A stretch of DNA of 64,000 nt from Anaeramoeba ignava BMAN (lineage: Eukaryota; Protista; Anaeramoebae): positions 1 through 64,000 of the forward strand of contig JAPDFW010000125.1 in the NCBI GenBank assembly GCA_028826165.1. The letters run 5' to 3'. A model generated the notes under the pieces. It worked only from the letters and a program-made list of their open reading frames with translations. It was not told where the DNA came from and ran no database searches. This document shows positions 38,205-50,700 of this stretch, one piece after another. The position numbers and the translations under genes were made by a program. The stretch's first letter is position 1, and every line of letters begins with the position of its first letter.

Positions 38205-40482
38205 TTATTTAATAGAATCATTTTGTTTTTCATTCTCATTTTTTCCAATTTTTAAATTATAAAATTCTTGATAAAAATCTTGTTTTGATTTCATTCTAGC
38301 TAGAGCAGGAAAAACAGAAAAAAAAGAAGATTGTCTTTTCTTCATTTGTAAAGAATCAAGGAAACTTTGCAATTCATCCAATTTCTTTGCTTTTTGGATA
38401 TTTTTTGGATTATTGTTGTTGTTATTATTACTATTTTTAATCACTTTAATATATTGCAAATCAAAAAATATTTCAATAAAGGAAGTGATTGAATCAATAA
38501 CAGCAGTTTCTTCATAAATTGCCATTTTCGAGAAATTAAAACTGAATTCCATAAATTTCATAATTTTCGAAATCGTATCATCATTGCTTTCAACTTTAAA
38601 TGTAAATCTTGCGAAAAAAGAATCAAATATTGTTTTTAATGCTTTTGAAACCAGTTTATCTACGTTTTTGGATTCTATCCATCTTAATTTCATAAGTAAA
38701 GCAATTAGTTCTTCTTGACAAAAAACATCATGAATTGTTGTTGCTATTTTTTGCAATTCTATCGATCCTAAACGTGAAAGAATGTTTTGAATAATTTTTG
38801 CAATTTGTATTTGGAATTTTGGAAAGTTCAAATACATTTGAAAAAATATAATGATATTTTCTGGGTTTTTTTTAGGAAGAAAATGATTATAACTTGTGCA
38901 TATTTTAACCACTTTGAGGATGTTTGGGAAAGTGTTTGTGAAAAATATTTTTTGTTGCTCAGGAAGTTGATTGATTTTGTGATATTCATAAACACCAACT
39001 GATAAAATGATTAAATGTTGAGTAAGTTTTTTGTTTGGTTGATCTGGAGAAAATAAACTCATTCCACTTTTAGAAAAAATTTCGAAAAAATCATCGAATG
39101 TTGGGAATTGAATTTTTTGAACTTTTGAAATATAAGTTTGTGAGATTTTTTTTTTGATAATTTGAGCAGCTAATCTTGAAGTTATTAAGTTATCTGATAA
39201 AACTTCCTGAAATAATTTTTTGAATTGTTGGATTTCTTTGTTATTTTGAGTTGATTCTTGTAAAGTTTGTGATTGTGATTGTGATTGTGATTTATATTCA
39301 TTTTCAGTTTCTGATTTATATTCATTTTCAATTTCTGATTTATATTCGTTTTCAGTTTCTGATTTATATTCGTTTTCAGTTTCTGATTTATATTCGTTTT
39401 CAGTTTCTGATTTATATTCATTTTCAGTTTCTGATTTATATTCGTTTTCAATTAAATTTTCATTTTTTTTTTGTTTCTTTTTCTTTTTCTTTTCTGATTT
39501 AAAAATTATCATTCTTTGGAATGATGGAGTTATAAAATTAGGTTTGTTTTCTTTTTGGAAAGAGCTAAAATGTTTCATTGAATTAAGAATTCCTGATGTT
39601 ATATTAACTTCTTTTTGGTATTTTGATAATTCTTCAATAATTTTTTGTGGATTATCATCAGAATCAGAATCAACATCAGAAAAAGAAAAATTATCCATTT
39701 TCAAACTATAATTTTCATTTTCATTTTCATTTTGATTTTCATTTTCATTTTCATTTTCATTTTCATTTTCATTTTGATTTTCATTTTGATTTTCATTTCC
39801 ATTTTCATTTCCATTTTGATTTTGATTTTTTTTTTTGAAATTTAATTTTGATTGAAATGAATGACTTTTTGATTCATTTAGATTTTGATTTTCATTTAGA
39901 TTTTGTTTTTCATTTAGATTTTGATTTCATTTTGATTTTGATTTTGATTTTGATTTTGATTTTGTTTTTTTTTTTGATTTTGATTTTGATTTTGATTTTG
40001 ATTTTGATTTTCTTTTTGATTTTCTTTTTGATTTTCTTTTTGATTTTGTTTTTGATTTTGATTTTGATTTTGATTTTGATTTTGATTTTGATTTTGATTT
40101 TGATTTTGATTTTGATTTTTGTTTTTGATTTTGATTTTGATTTTGATTTTGATTTTGATTTTGATTTTCATTTTTGATTTTGTTTTTTTGATTTTCGTTT
40201 TCATTTTTCATTTTCATTTTCATTTTGATTTTCATTTTCATTTTCATTTTGATTTTCTTTTTGATTTTCTTTTTGATTTTCTTTTTGATTTTCTTTTTCT
40301 TGGATTTTTTCTGCGAAATCTAATATAGTTTGATTTTGATTTTCTTTTTGATTTTGATTTTGATTTTGATCTGGTTTTGGTTTTGTTTTGGTTTTGGTTT
40401 TTGTTCTTTTTTGATTCTGTTGATCAATTTTTTCTTCTTGTTTTGAATTTTTTCTTTTTTTGTTTTGATTTATTTGACTCAT
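38205..40482 (-). CDS. Hypothetical protein: NQ/NE-repeat N-terminus (frameshifted as given), ENEYKSET repeats, alpha-helical C-terminal domain
   Basis: ATG at 40482 follows Inr-like motifs. The N-terminal microsatellite region changes frame several times at 39850-40250. Clean 499 aa ORF at 38205-39704. Confidence 0.65.
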
Positions 40483-40648
40483 TTTATTTTTAAATTTGAA
40501 AAAAATGAAAAATGAAAAATGATTTTTTTTTTAACGAAAATTTTTATATAAAATTAAAACAATCCAAAAAATTCGTTAAAAAGAAAAACAAAAATCTATT
40601 TTAAATTTAATTATAAATTTAATTGCAAATTTAATTTCTTTTTGATTT

Positions 40649-41403
40649 CTACATTTTTTTCCGATCTTCAGAAACTAATAAAATTTGAAATTTCTTTCTA
40701 ATGTGATAAAATTCAAAAAAAGAAACAAAAATAAAAGTAAAAAGAAAAATTACAAACCAAAGTAAAAGAAAAGTATTTAAACTTTCTTCAAAATCTAAAT
40801 ATAATTTTTTTTGAGAATGAAAATTTTGAAATTTTTTTGAAAAATTTTGGAAAATTTCAAATTGATTTTCGAATTTTTTTTGTAAAAGATCTAAATCATC
40901 TAAAAATTTTAAAATAAATTAAATAAAAATTAAAGATTTTGTTTTGTTTGTTTTTTTTTTACTTTTTTTTCCAATTTCTTTTGAAAATTGAAATAAATTT
41001 TCAACTGTAATTGAAATTGAATTTTTCATTCCATTTTCAAAACAAAATTGATATTCTTTTAAAGGAATTGAAATGAAAGAAAAAGAAGTTGGTTCAAATT
41101 GAATAAAGTCATTGTAAATCATTTCATTTTGATGATCAAAAATCTTATTAAATTTTTTTTTATTTTAAAATTTTTTTGATTTATTTTTATTTATTTTAAA
41201 AAGGATTTTTAATTTACTTTAAGTTTTATATTAAATTCATTTGAATCTGAATGTTCAATTTTATTTAATTTACAAAATAATTTTGTTTTATTTTTGAAAG
41301 ATTTTTCTGTAAAACATTGAGTTGATTCTTTTTCAATAAAAAAATTTAAAGAAATTATTGATTTAAATAAAAAGAAAAGAAATAAAATTTTTAAAAGAAA
41401 CAT
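40649..41403 (-). CDS. Divergent p24/emp24/TMED GOLD-domain cargo receptor, 3 exons
   Basis: Exons 41403-41218, 41143-40963, 40899-40649. Signal peptide, TQCFTE...EYQFCFEN GOLD cysteines, coiled coil, C-terminal TM and basic tail RKKM. Confidence 0.75.
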
Positions 41404-41538
41404 TTTTAAAAAAGAAAAAAAAAAATGAAAAAAATGAAATTACTAATAATTTAAAAATATTATTTAAAAAAACGTAAAAAATTTTTATTTTTTTTAATTT
41501 TTTTTTTCATTTTTTTCATTTTTAAAAAAAAAGAAAAA
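41404..41538. promoter_or_regulatory. 135 bp bidirectional promoter p24/GluRS
   Basis: aaatgaaa x2 at 41423-41439 and tttcattt x2 at 41505-41523. Confidence 0.65.
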
Positions 41539-44500
41539 ATGGAAGTTCATTTTAATATTCAAAAAGTACCAAATCTTGCGATATTGATTTCATTTGCAGA
41601 AAGAGATTTAAGAGTTAAATTCATTCCAACAAATGAAAATTATTATTCATCAATTTTAAAATTAAATTCAAAAGAAGATCCAATTTTATGTGGAGATTAT
41701 GCAATTGCAAAATATTTTGCTAGAATTTCAAAAACTCCTTTATTATCTTCTTCACAAAAACCTGAAGAGCTTAGTTTGATTGACCAATGGTTGGATTTTG
41801 TTATTAGTTATCCTCAAAATCAATTCTCTGATTTGTTTCCTATGATTAATGCTTATTTGACTTTTAAAACTTTTTTTGTTGGTTATTCTCTTTCTATTGT
41901 TGATTATGCTATTTTTACAAATTGTTTTGAATGTAGATTTCAAAATTCATTTTAAAATCAAAATCATTTATAAAATTCATTTTAAAATTCATTTTAAAAA
42001 TTAAAAAAATTAAAATTAAAATTAAAATTAAAATTAAAATTAAAATTAAAATTAAAATTAATATTGAAAAAAAATTAAAATTAAAATTAAAATTAAAATT
42101 AAAATTGAAATAAAAAATTAAAATTAAAATTAAAAATTAAAATTTAAAATTAAAATAAAAATTAAAATTTGAAATCAAAATCAAAATCATTTTAAAATTC
42201 ATTTTAAAAATTTTAAAAATTAAAATCAAAAATTCAAAAATTAAAATCAAAAAATTAAAAATTAAAATTAAAATTAAAAATTCATTAAAATTAAAATTAA
42301 AATTCATTTATAAAATTAAAATTAAAATTAAAATCAAAATTAAAATTAAAATTAAAATTAAAATTAAAATCAAAATTAAAATTAAAATTAAAATTAAAAT
42401 TAAAATTCATTTTAAAAATTAAAATTAAAATTAAAATTAAAATTAAAATTAAAATTAAAATTAAAATTAAAAATTAAATTTTAAAATTCATTTTAAAAAT
42501 TAAAATTAAAATTAAAATTAAAATTAAAATTAAAATTAAAATTAAAATTAAAATTAAAATTGAAAAAATTAAAATTAAAATTAAATTTAAAATTAAATTT
42601 AAAATTAAAATTAAAAAGGGTATCAACAACCAAAAGAATCTCAATATCCTAACTTTGATAGATGGTTTAATTATATGAAAACTATTCCTGAATGTATTAG
42701 ATTAACAAAAATGAAACCTTTTAAAGTTGAAGAAAAAAAACCAGAAGTTGAAAGTAAAAAGAAAACAATTGGAAAAAAAGTAGTTCAAGAAAAAAAAGCA
42801 GCATATTTTGAATTACCAAATGCTGAAATGGGAAAAGTTGTAACAAGATTTCCACCAGAACCAAGTGGTTATCTTCATATTGGTATAAATTAAAATTAAA
42901 ATTAAAATTAAAATTAAAATTAAAATTAAAATTAATATTAATATTAAATTAAAATTAATATTAAAATTAAAATTAAAATTAAAATTAAAATTAAAATTAA
43001 AATTAATATTGAAATTAAAATTAAAATTAAAATTAAATATTAATATTAAAATTAAAATTAAAATTAAATTTAAAATTAATATTAAAATTAAAATTAAAAT
43101 TAAAATTAAAATTAATATTAAAATTAATATTAATATTAAAATTAAAATTAAAATAATTAAAATTAAAATTAAAATTAAAATCAAAATCAAAATCAAAATT
43201 AATATTAAAATTAAATATTAAAATTAAAATTAAAATTCATTTTAATATTAAAATTAAAAATAATATCAAAATTAAAATTAAAATTAAAATTAATATTAAA
43301 ATTAAAATTAAAATTAAAATTAAAATTAAAATCAAAATTAAAATTAAATATTAATATTAAATTAAAATTAAAATTAAAATTAAAATTAAAATCAAAAATT
43401 AAAATTAAAATTAAAATAAAAAAGGACATGCAAAGGCAGCGTTATTAAATCAACATTATGCAAATCAATATAAAGGAAAACTTATAGTAAGATTTGATGA
43501 TACTAATCCAGTTACAGAAACAGAAGAATATGAGAAATGCATTCGGGAAGATTTAGACAAATTAGAAATCAAAGCAAATTTAATAACACATACAAGCGAT
43601 TCATTTCCAGTAATATTCAAGTATGCAGATCAAATTATTCAACAAGGAGATGCTTATGTTGATGATACAGAATCAAAGGATATCAAAATACAAAGAAAAC
43701 AAGGAATTGATTCCAAAAACAGAAACAATTCAATTGAAGAAAATCTTAAACTTTGGAATGAAATGAAAATTGGATCTCAAAAAGGTTTAACTTGTGTTTT
43801 GAGAGCTAAAATTTCTATGACTCATGAATGTAAAGCTATGAGAGATCCTGCTTTGTTTCGTTGTGAATTAACCCCTCATTATAGATTGGGAACTCAATAT
43901 AAATGTTATCCTCTTTATGATTTTGCTTGTCCAATTGGTATTTTAAAATTTAAAATTCATTTATAAATTAAAATTTAAAATTCATTTATAAAATTAAATG
44001 AAAATTCAAATCAAAATTAAAATTATAATTAAAATTAATATTCAAATCAAAATTAATATTCAAATTAAAATTAAAATTAATATTAAAATTAATTTGAAAA
44101 TTTGATAGTATTGATGGTGTAACTCATGCTCTTCGTTCTGATGAATATAATGAAAAAAATTTAATTTATCATTGGGTTTGTGAACATTTAAAGATTAGAG
44201 AACCTCATATTCACACTTTTAGGTAGAAAAATTAAAAATTAAAAAATTAAAAATCTAAAAATTTAAAAATTAAAAATTAAAAATTAAAAATTTAAAATTT
44301 AAAAATTAAAATTAAAAATTAAAAAATTAAAAAATTTAAAAATTTAAAAATAAAGTCGATTAAATCTACAATACACACCATTATCAAAAAGAGTATTAAG
44401 ATGGTTTGTACAAAACAAAAAAACAAATGGATGGGATGATCCACGATTCCCAACAATTCGAGGAGTAATGCGAAGAGGGATGACAGTTGAAGCATTACAA

Positions 44501-45214
44501 TACTTCATTCAACTTCAAGGAAGCTCACGAACAGCAAACTTAATGGAATGGAACATGTTATGGTCTTTTAACAAATCAATTATTGATCCAAAAATTCCAA
44601 GATTTACTTCAATTGATGAAAAAGATTATGTTGTTGTTGAAATTGAAGGAGTTTCTGATAAAATCGAAGTCAAACAATGGCCGAAATTGAAGACAAATCC
44701 TTCTTTGGGAATGAAGGATGTTCGTTATTTAAACAAAATTATCATTCAACAATCAGATGCAGTTTTATTGAAAGAAAATGAGGAGATAACTTTGATTAAT
44801 TGGGGAAATTGCATCATTAAACAAATTCATAAGGATGGGAATAACTCAAAAATACTCAGAATTTCGGCTGTTTTACATTTGGAAGGCGATTTTAAAAAGA
44901 CTAAATGGAAGCTTACTTGGCTCCCAAATACTGATGATTTGTTGAAAATTAAATTGGTTGACGTCGGTTATTTAATTACTAAACAAAAACTTGAAAAAAA
45001 AGATCCCTTTGAAAAATTTGTTGCTGAAAATACTTGGTTTGAAGAATTTGTTTTGGGTGATCCCCAAATTGCTCAACTTAAAAAGGGGGATATTTTTCAG
45101 TTGGAAAGAAAGGGTTATTATATTGTTGACAATGAATTTTCAAAAGAAACTAATTCAGTAGTTCTTTTGAATATTCCTGATGGAAGAAAGAAGAAAGAAC
45201 CCAAAAAGAAATAA
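41539..45214 (+). CDS. EARS: Cytosolic glutamyl-tRNA synthetase with N-terminal GST-like domain, 5 exons
   Basis: Exons 41539-41932, 42619-42882, 43425-43937, 44102-44222, 44356-45214. Motifs [72 protein letters not shown]. The intron 3 acceptor is non-canonical as given. Confidence 0.96.
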
Positions 45215-45772
45215 TTTTCAATTTCTAAATCAATTTTTAAATCTAAATCAATTTTAATTTCTAAATCAATTTCAAAATCAATTTCTAAATCAATTTCTAA
45301 ATCTAAATCAATTTCAAAATCAATTTCTAAATCTAAATCAATTTTAAAATCAATTTCTAAATCAATTTCTAAATCAATTTCTAAATCTAAATCAATTTTA
45401 ATTTCTAAATCAATTTCTAAATCTAAATCAATTTTAATTTCTAAATCAATTTCTAAATCAATTTCTAAATCAATTTCTAAATCAATTTTAATTTCTAAAT
45501 CAATTTCTAAATCTAAATCAATTTCTAAATCAATTTTAAAATCAATTTCTAAATCAATTTCTAAATCAATTTCTAAATCAATTTCTAAATCAATTTCTAA
45601 ATCAATTTTAATTTCAATTTTAAATCAATTTCTAAATCAATTTCTAAATCAATTTCTAAATCAATTTCTAAATCAATTTTAATTTCTAAATAAATTTCAA
45701 AATCAATTTCTAAATCAATTTCTAAATCAATTTCTAAATCAATTTCTAAATCAATTTTAAAATCAATTTCTT
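45215..45772. repeat. Intergenic (tctaaatcaatt)n 12-mer array
   Basis: Direct tandem repeats start immediately after the GluRS stop codon and end just before the next promoter. Confidence 0.92.
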
Positions 45773-45822
45773 TTAAAAAAATAAATTTCAAAAATAATTT
45801 TTTTCATTTTTTTCTTTTCAAA

Positions 45823-47631
45823 ATGAAATTTTTAAATTTTTTAATTTTCTTTTTATTTTTTTCAAGTAATTTCACATTTATCCTTCATTTAAATGAAGAA
45901 GCTTTTGAAAATTCACTTAAACAATTTGATTACTGGATTATAAAATTTACAGATAATCAACCAGAAAGTCACACATCAGTAAAAATTTAATTCAAAATTT
46001 AATTCAAATTTAATTCAAAAATTAATTCAAAATTTAATTCTAAAATTAATTCAAAATTTAATTCAAAATTCAAAATTTAATTCAAAATTTAATTCAAAAT
46101 TTAATTCAAAATTTAATTCTAAAAATTAATTCAAAAATTTAATTCAAAATTTAATTCTAAAATTAATTCAAAAATTAATTCTAAAATTAATTCAAAATTC
46201 AAAATTTAATTCAAAATTTAATTCAAAATTTAATTCAAAATTCAAAATTTAATTCAAAATTTAATTTAAAATTTAATTCAAAATTTAAAATTTAATTTCA
46301 AAAATTAAATTCAAAAAATTCAAAATTCAAAATTTAATTCAAAAATTAATTCAAAATTTAATTCAAAAATTAATTCAAAATTCAAAAATTAATTCAAAAA
46401 TTAATTCAAAATTTAATTCAAAAATTAATTCAAAATTCAAAATTTAATTCAAAAATTAATTCAAAATTTAATTCAAAAATCAATTCAAAATTTAATTCAA
46501 AATTTAATTCAAAAATTAAAAAAATAGAGAGAAGTCTTATTCACAAAATTCGTTTACAAATTTAAAACATCATTCCATTCAGGAATTGTTAATTGTAACA
46601 AAGAAATTAATCTCTGCAAAAAATTTGGAATTCAAGAATATCCAACTTTCAAACTATTTGCCAAACAAGAATTTAAAGCAGATTTAACATTTGATAAAAA
46701 TTACACAGTTGATGATATAAGAAATCTATTGAATAACGACTTAGACATCGCTAAAAACATAACTTCGCTAAAGGAAATAAAAGAAAGCGAAGACCCACAA
46801 ATCATTCTTTTAATCCAATCAACAAACGGACACGAAAATGAAATTGTTTCCAATTATTTAAATGTTGCCTTAAAATTATTTCCTTTTCGAAATTTTTATC
46901 TTTTTAAATTTGATAACGAAAACGAACTTTCCGAAACAGGTTTCCCAAAATTTGTTGTGGAAGAGGCCAAACACTTCCACGGTGCTTTACTTAACTTTAA
47001 TTCTGGAAAGTTTGCTTCGCTTAAAGTTTTGCCAAGAGATGAAAATCTCTTTTATGAATTTGTTAAAAAAACTTTTGAATTCGTTTTCCAAGAATTAACA
47101 CCAAAAATATATGAAAAATTAGTTTCCGAAGAAAGAAATATTGCCGTTTTGGTCGTTGATACTTCAAACGAAGATACTCACTTGTTCAAGAATTCTTTTG
47201 AATTTTATGCTCATTCCAAAATTGGTGATTTTAACTTTACTTGGATTGATTTTGAAAATTTGTCAAAAATTCCAAAAAAAATTTCAGTTCAAAAAAATCA
47301 ACTTCCGAGAGTTGTTGCTATCATTTCTTCAGAGGATAAGCTTTATATCCAGCCAAGAGAGATTGGCATTGCTCGCTTTATTAATGCTATTTTGGAAAAT
47401 AAACTTGATGATGCAATTAATCAAGCAAAAAAACAACTTGATTTGCAAAGAAATCCTTCAAAAAATGAAAATGTCAAACCAGATTCTCAAAGTTTTTGGA
47501 ACAATGAAATTTGGAACACAAAAAATACTTTGATTGCTTTGATTTCTTTGATTGTGATTATTGGATCTGGTTGTTTAGGATATAAATTATATCCTGTAGA
47601 AAAAGAAAAAAAAGAGAAAAAAGAAAAATAA
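45823..47631 (+). CDS. PDI/TMX-like thioredoxin-fold ER membrane protein lacking CxxC, 2 exons
   Basis: Exons 45823-45978 and 46528-47631. Signal peptide, WIIKF..., VNCNKEINLCKKFGIQEYPTFKLF, b/b-prime-like domains (FTWID, LPRVVAI), C-terminal TM and di-lysine tail KKEK. Confidence 0.8.
45979..46527. repeat. Intronic (aattcaaaa(t/a)tt)n 12-mer
   Basis: Tandem array filling the single intron of the PDI-like gene. Confidence 0.9.
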
Positions 47632-47774
47632 AATTTTTTCTTTTCGGAACTTTTTTTTTGCTTTTCCAAAAATTACAAAATAAAAAATCAAGTTAAATTT
47701 TTCTTTAATAAAACAATTCAAAAAAAACAAGAATAAAAAGATAATTTTTTGTGTTATTTAATTTAAAAGAAAGT

Positions 47775-50700
47775 TTAATTTTTGATAACTTTTTGGAATT
47801 GGTTCAGCTTTATCTGCAAATTTAATTGAAAAATTTTGTAAAGTTTTTTTTTCAAAGAAAATTTCAACAGCAATTTGATTTTGCATTGCTTGATAAAATT
47901 TTTTTTGAGAATCTTCTTCTAAATATTTTGCAATAAAATGAATGATATTTTTTTGATTAGAAATGAAATCTTTGGCTAAATAGCTTAATTCTTTTGGTAA
48001 ATTGAATTGATAGAATATTTTCTAAATTTAATTAAAAATTAATTAAAAATTAATTAAAAATTAAAAATTAATTGAAATTAGAATTTACTTTTTTCTTTTC
48101 AATTTTTTTAAATTTTTTCCCAATAAAAAAAAGTTTGCACATTGTTTCAAGTTGATTTTCTAAAGTTTCTGGATAAAATATAGTGATTGGAGGTGATTCT
48201 AGTGTTAAATATGAAACAACAAAATTAATTCTTGGATCATAAGAAACAACGAGTTCTTTTCTCAAATCTGATGAAGTAAAATAAGGTGAATTATGATTTG
48301 ATTTTGATCTAATTGAGTTATCTAAGAATTAAGAATTAAATTAAATATTTTTAAATTGAATTGAATTGAATTGAAATATTTTTAAATTGAATTAAATTAA
48401 ATTGAAATATTTTTGAATTAAATTAAATTAAATTAAATTAAATTAAATTAAATTAAATTGAAATATTTTTAAATTAAATTAAATTGAAATATTTTTAAAT
48501 TAAATTAAATTGAAATATTTTTAAATTTAAATTAAATTATTTCATTAATACTCGTAAAAATTCCAAATCTTATATCATCTAATGAAAACTTATATCCTCC
48601 AATTTTATATTGATAAGTTTTGAAAAAATTCTTATTCAAAACAGGAATATTAATTGTAAATGAAATATGTAAAAGTAATAAATGAAAAATATTTAAGAAA
48701 AAAGCTTTTCTTTCAATTTCTTTCATTTCAGATAAATCAACTTTTTTTAATTCACTTGTTCCAATTAAAAACCTTCTAAAAGAAACAGTTAAAGAAGAAT
48801 CTTGAAAATTTAAAGTTTGTTTTTTTGAAGTGTGTTTCCTAATCATTCCCAATATAAAATGAAGTAAATTAATAGAAACAACTAATGGTTCTCTTGATGG
48901 ACCAATCCAACGTCTTTTGTTTAAGATATTTTTGTTCTTATTATTTGGTAATTTAATAATTAACTAAAATTGAAAATGATAAACTTGTTTTCAATTCAAT
49001 TCAATTCAAAAAAAATTCAATTGTTTTATTTTGTTTTACATGAAGTTCTTGATTTGATTTTTCTTTTTCATCAATACATTTTTCTCTTTTCTTCATTTCT
49101 TGCATTTCATTATATTTTAAACTATCTTTAAATCTTGGAAATAAACTATCATTTGCAATTCCCAAAAGATGCTTTTTTTAAATCAAATTTTAAATCAAAT
49201 TTTAAATCAATATTTAAATCAATATTATAATCAATATTTAAATAAATATTTAAATAAATATTTAAATCAATATTATAATCAATATTTAAATCAATATTTA
49301 AATCAATATTTAAATCAATATTATAATCAATATTATAATCAATATTTAAATCAATATTTAAATCAATATTTAAATCAATATTTAAATCAATTTTATAATC
49401 AATATTTAAATCAATTTTATAATCAATTTTTAAATCAATTTTTAAATCAATTTTTAAATCAATTTTTAAATCAAATTTTAAATCAATATTTAAATAAATA
49501 TTTAAATCAATATTTAAATAAATATTTAAATAAATATTTAAATCAAATTTATAATCAAATTTATAATCAATTTTTAAATCAATATTAAAAATCAATTTTA
49601 TAATCAATTTTATAATCAATTTTTAAATCAATATTTAAATCAATATTTAAATCAATATTTAAATCAATATTTAAATCAATATTTAAATCAATATTTAAAT
49701 CAATATTTAAATCAATATTTAAATCAATATTTAAATCAATATTATAATCAATTTTTAAATCAATTTTTAAATCAATTTTTAAATAAATATTTAAATCAAT
49801 TTTTAAATCAATATTTAAATCAATTTTTAAATCAATTTTTAAATCAATATTTAAATCAATTTTTAAATCAATTTTTAAATCAATTTTTAAATCAATTTTT
49901 AAATCAATTTTTAAATCAATTTTATAATCAATTTTTAAATCAATTTTATAATCAATATTTAAATCAATATTTAAATAAATATTTAAATCAATTTTTAAAT
50001 CAATTTTTAAATCAATATTAAAAATCAATTTTATAATCAATTTTATAATCAATTTTTAAATCAATATTTAAATCAATATTTAAATCAATATTTAAATCAA
50101 ATATTTAAATAAATATTTAAATCAATTTTATAATCAATATTTAAATCAATTTTATAATCAATTTTTAAATAAATATTTAAATCAATTTTTAAATCAATAT
50201 TATAATCAATTTTATAATCAATTTTATAATCAATTTTATAATCAATTTTTAAATAAATATTTAAATCAATTTTTAAATCAATATTATAATCAATTTTATA
50301 ATCAATTTTATAATCAATTTTATAATCAATTTTTAAATAAATATTTAAATAAATATTTAAATCAATATTTAAATAAATATTTAAATCAATTTTATAATCA
50401 ATTTTTAAATCAATTTTTATAATCAATTTTATAAATAATTTTATAATCAATTTTTAAATCAATTTTTAAATAAATATTTAAATCAATTTTATAATCAATT
50501 TTTAAATCAATTTTATAATCAATTTTTAAATAAATATTTAAATCAATTTTATAATCAATATTTAAATCAATTTTATAATCAATTTTATAATCAATTTTTA
50601 AATCAATTTTTAAATCAATATTTTAAATCAATTTTTAAATAAATATTTAAATAAATTTTATAATCAATTTTTAAATCAATTTTTAAATAAATTTTTTAGA

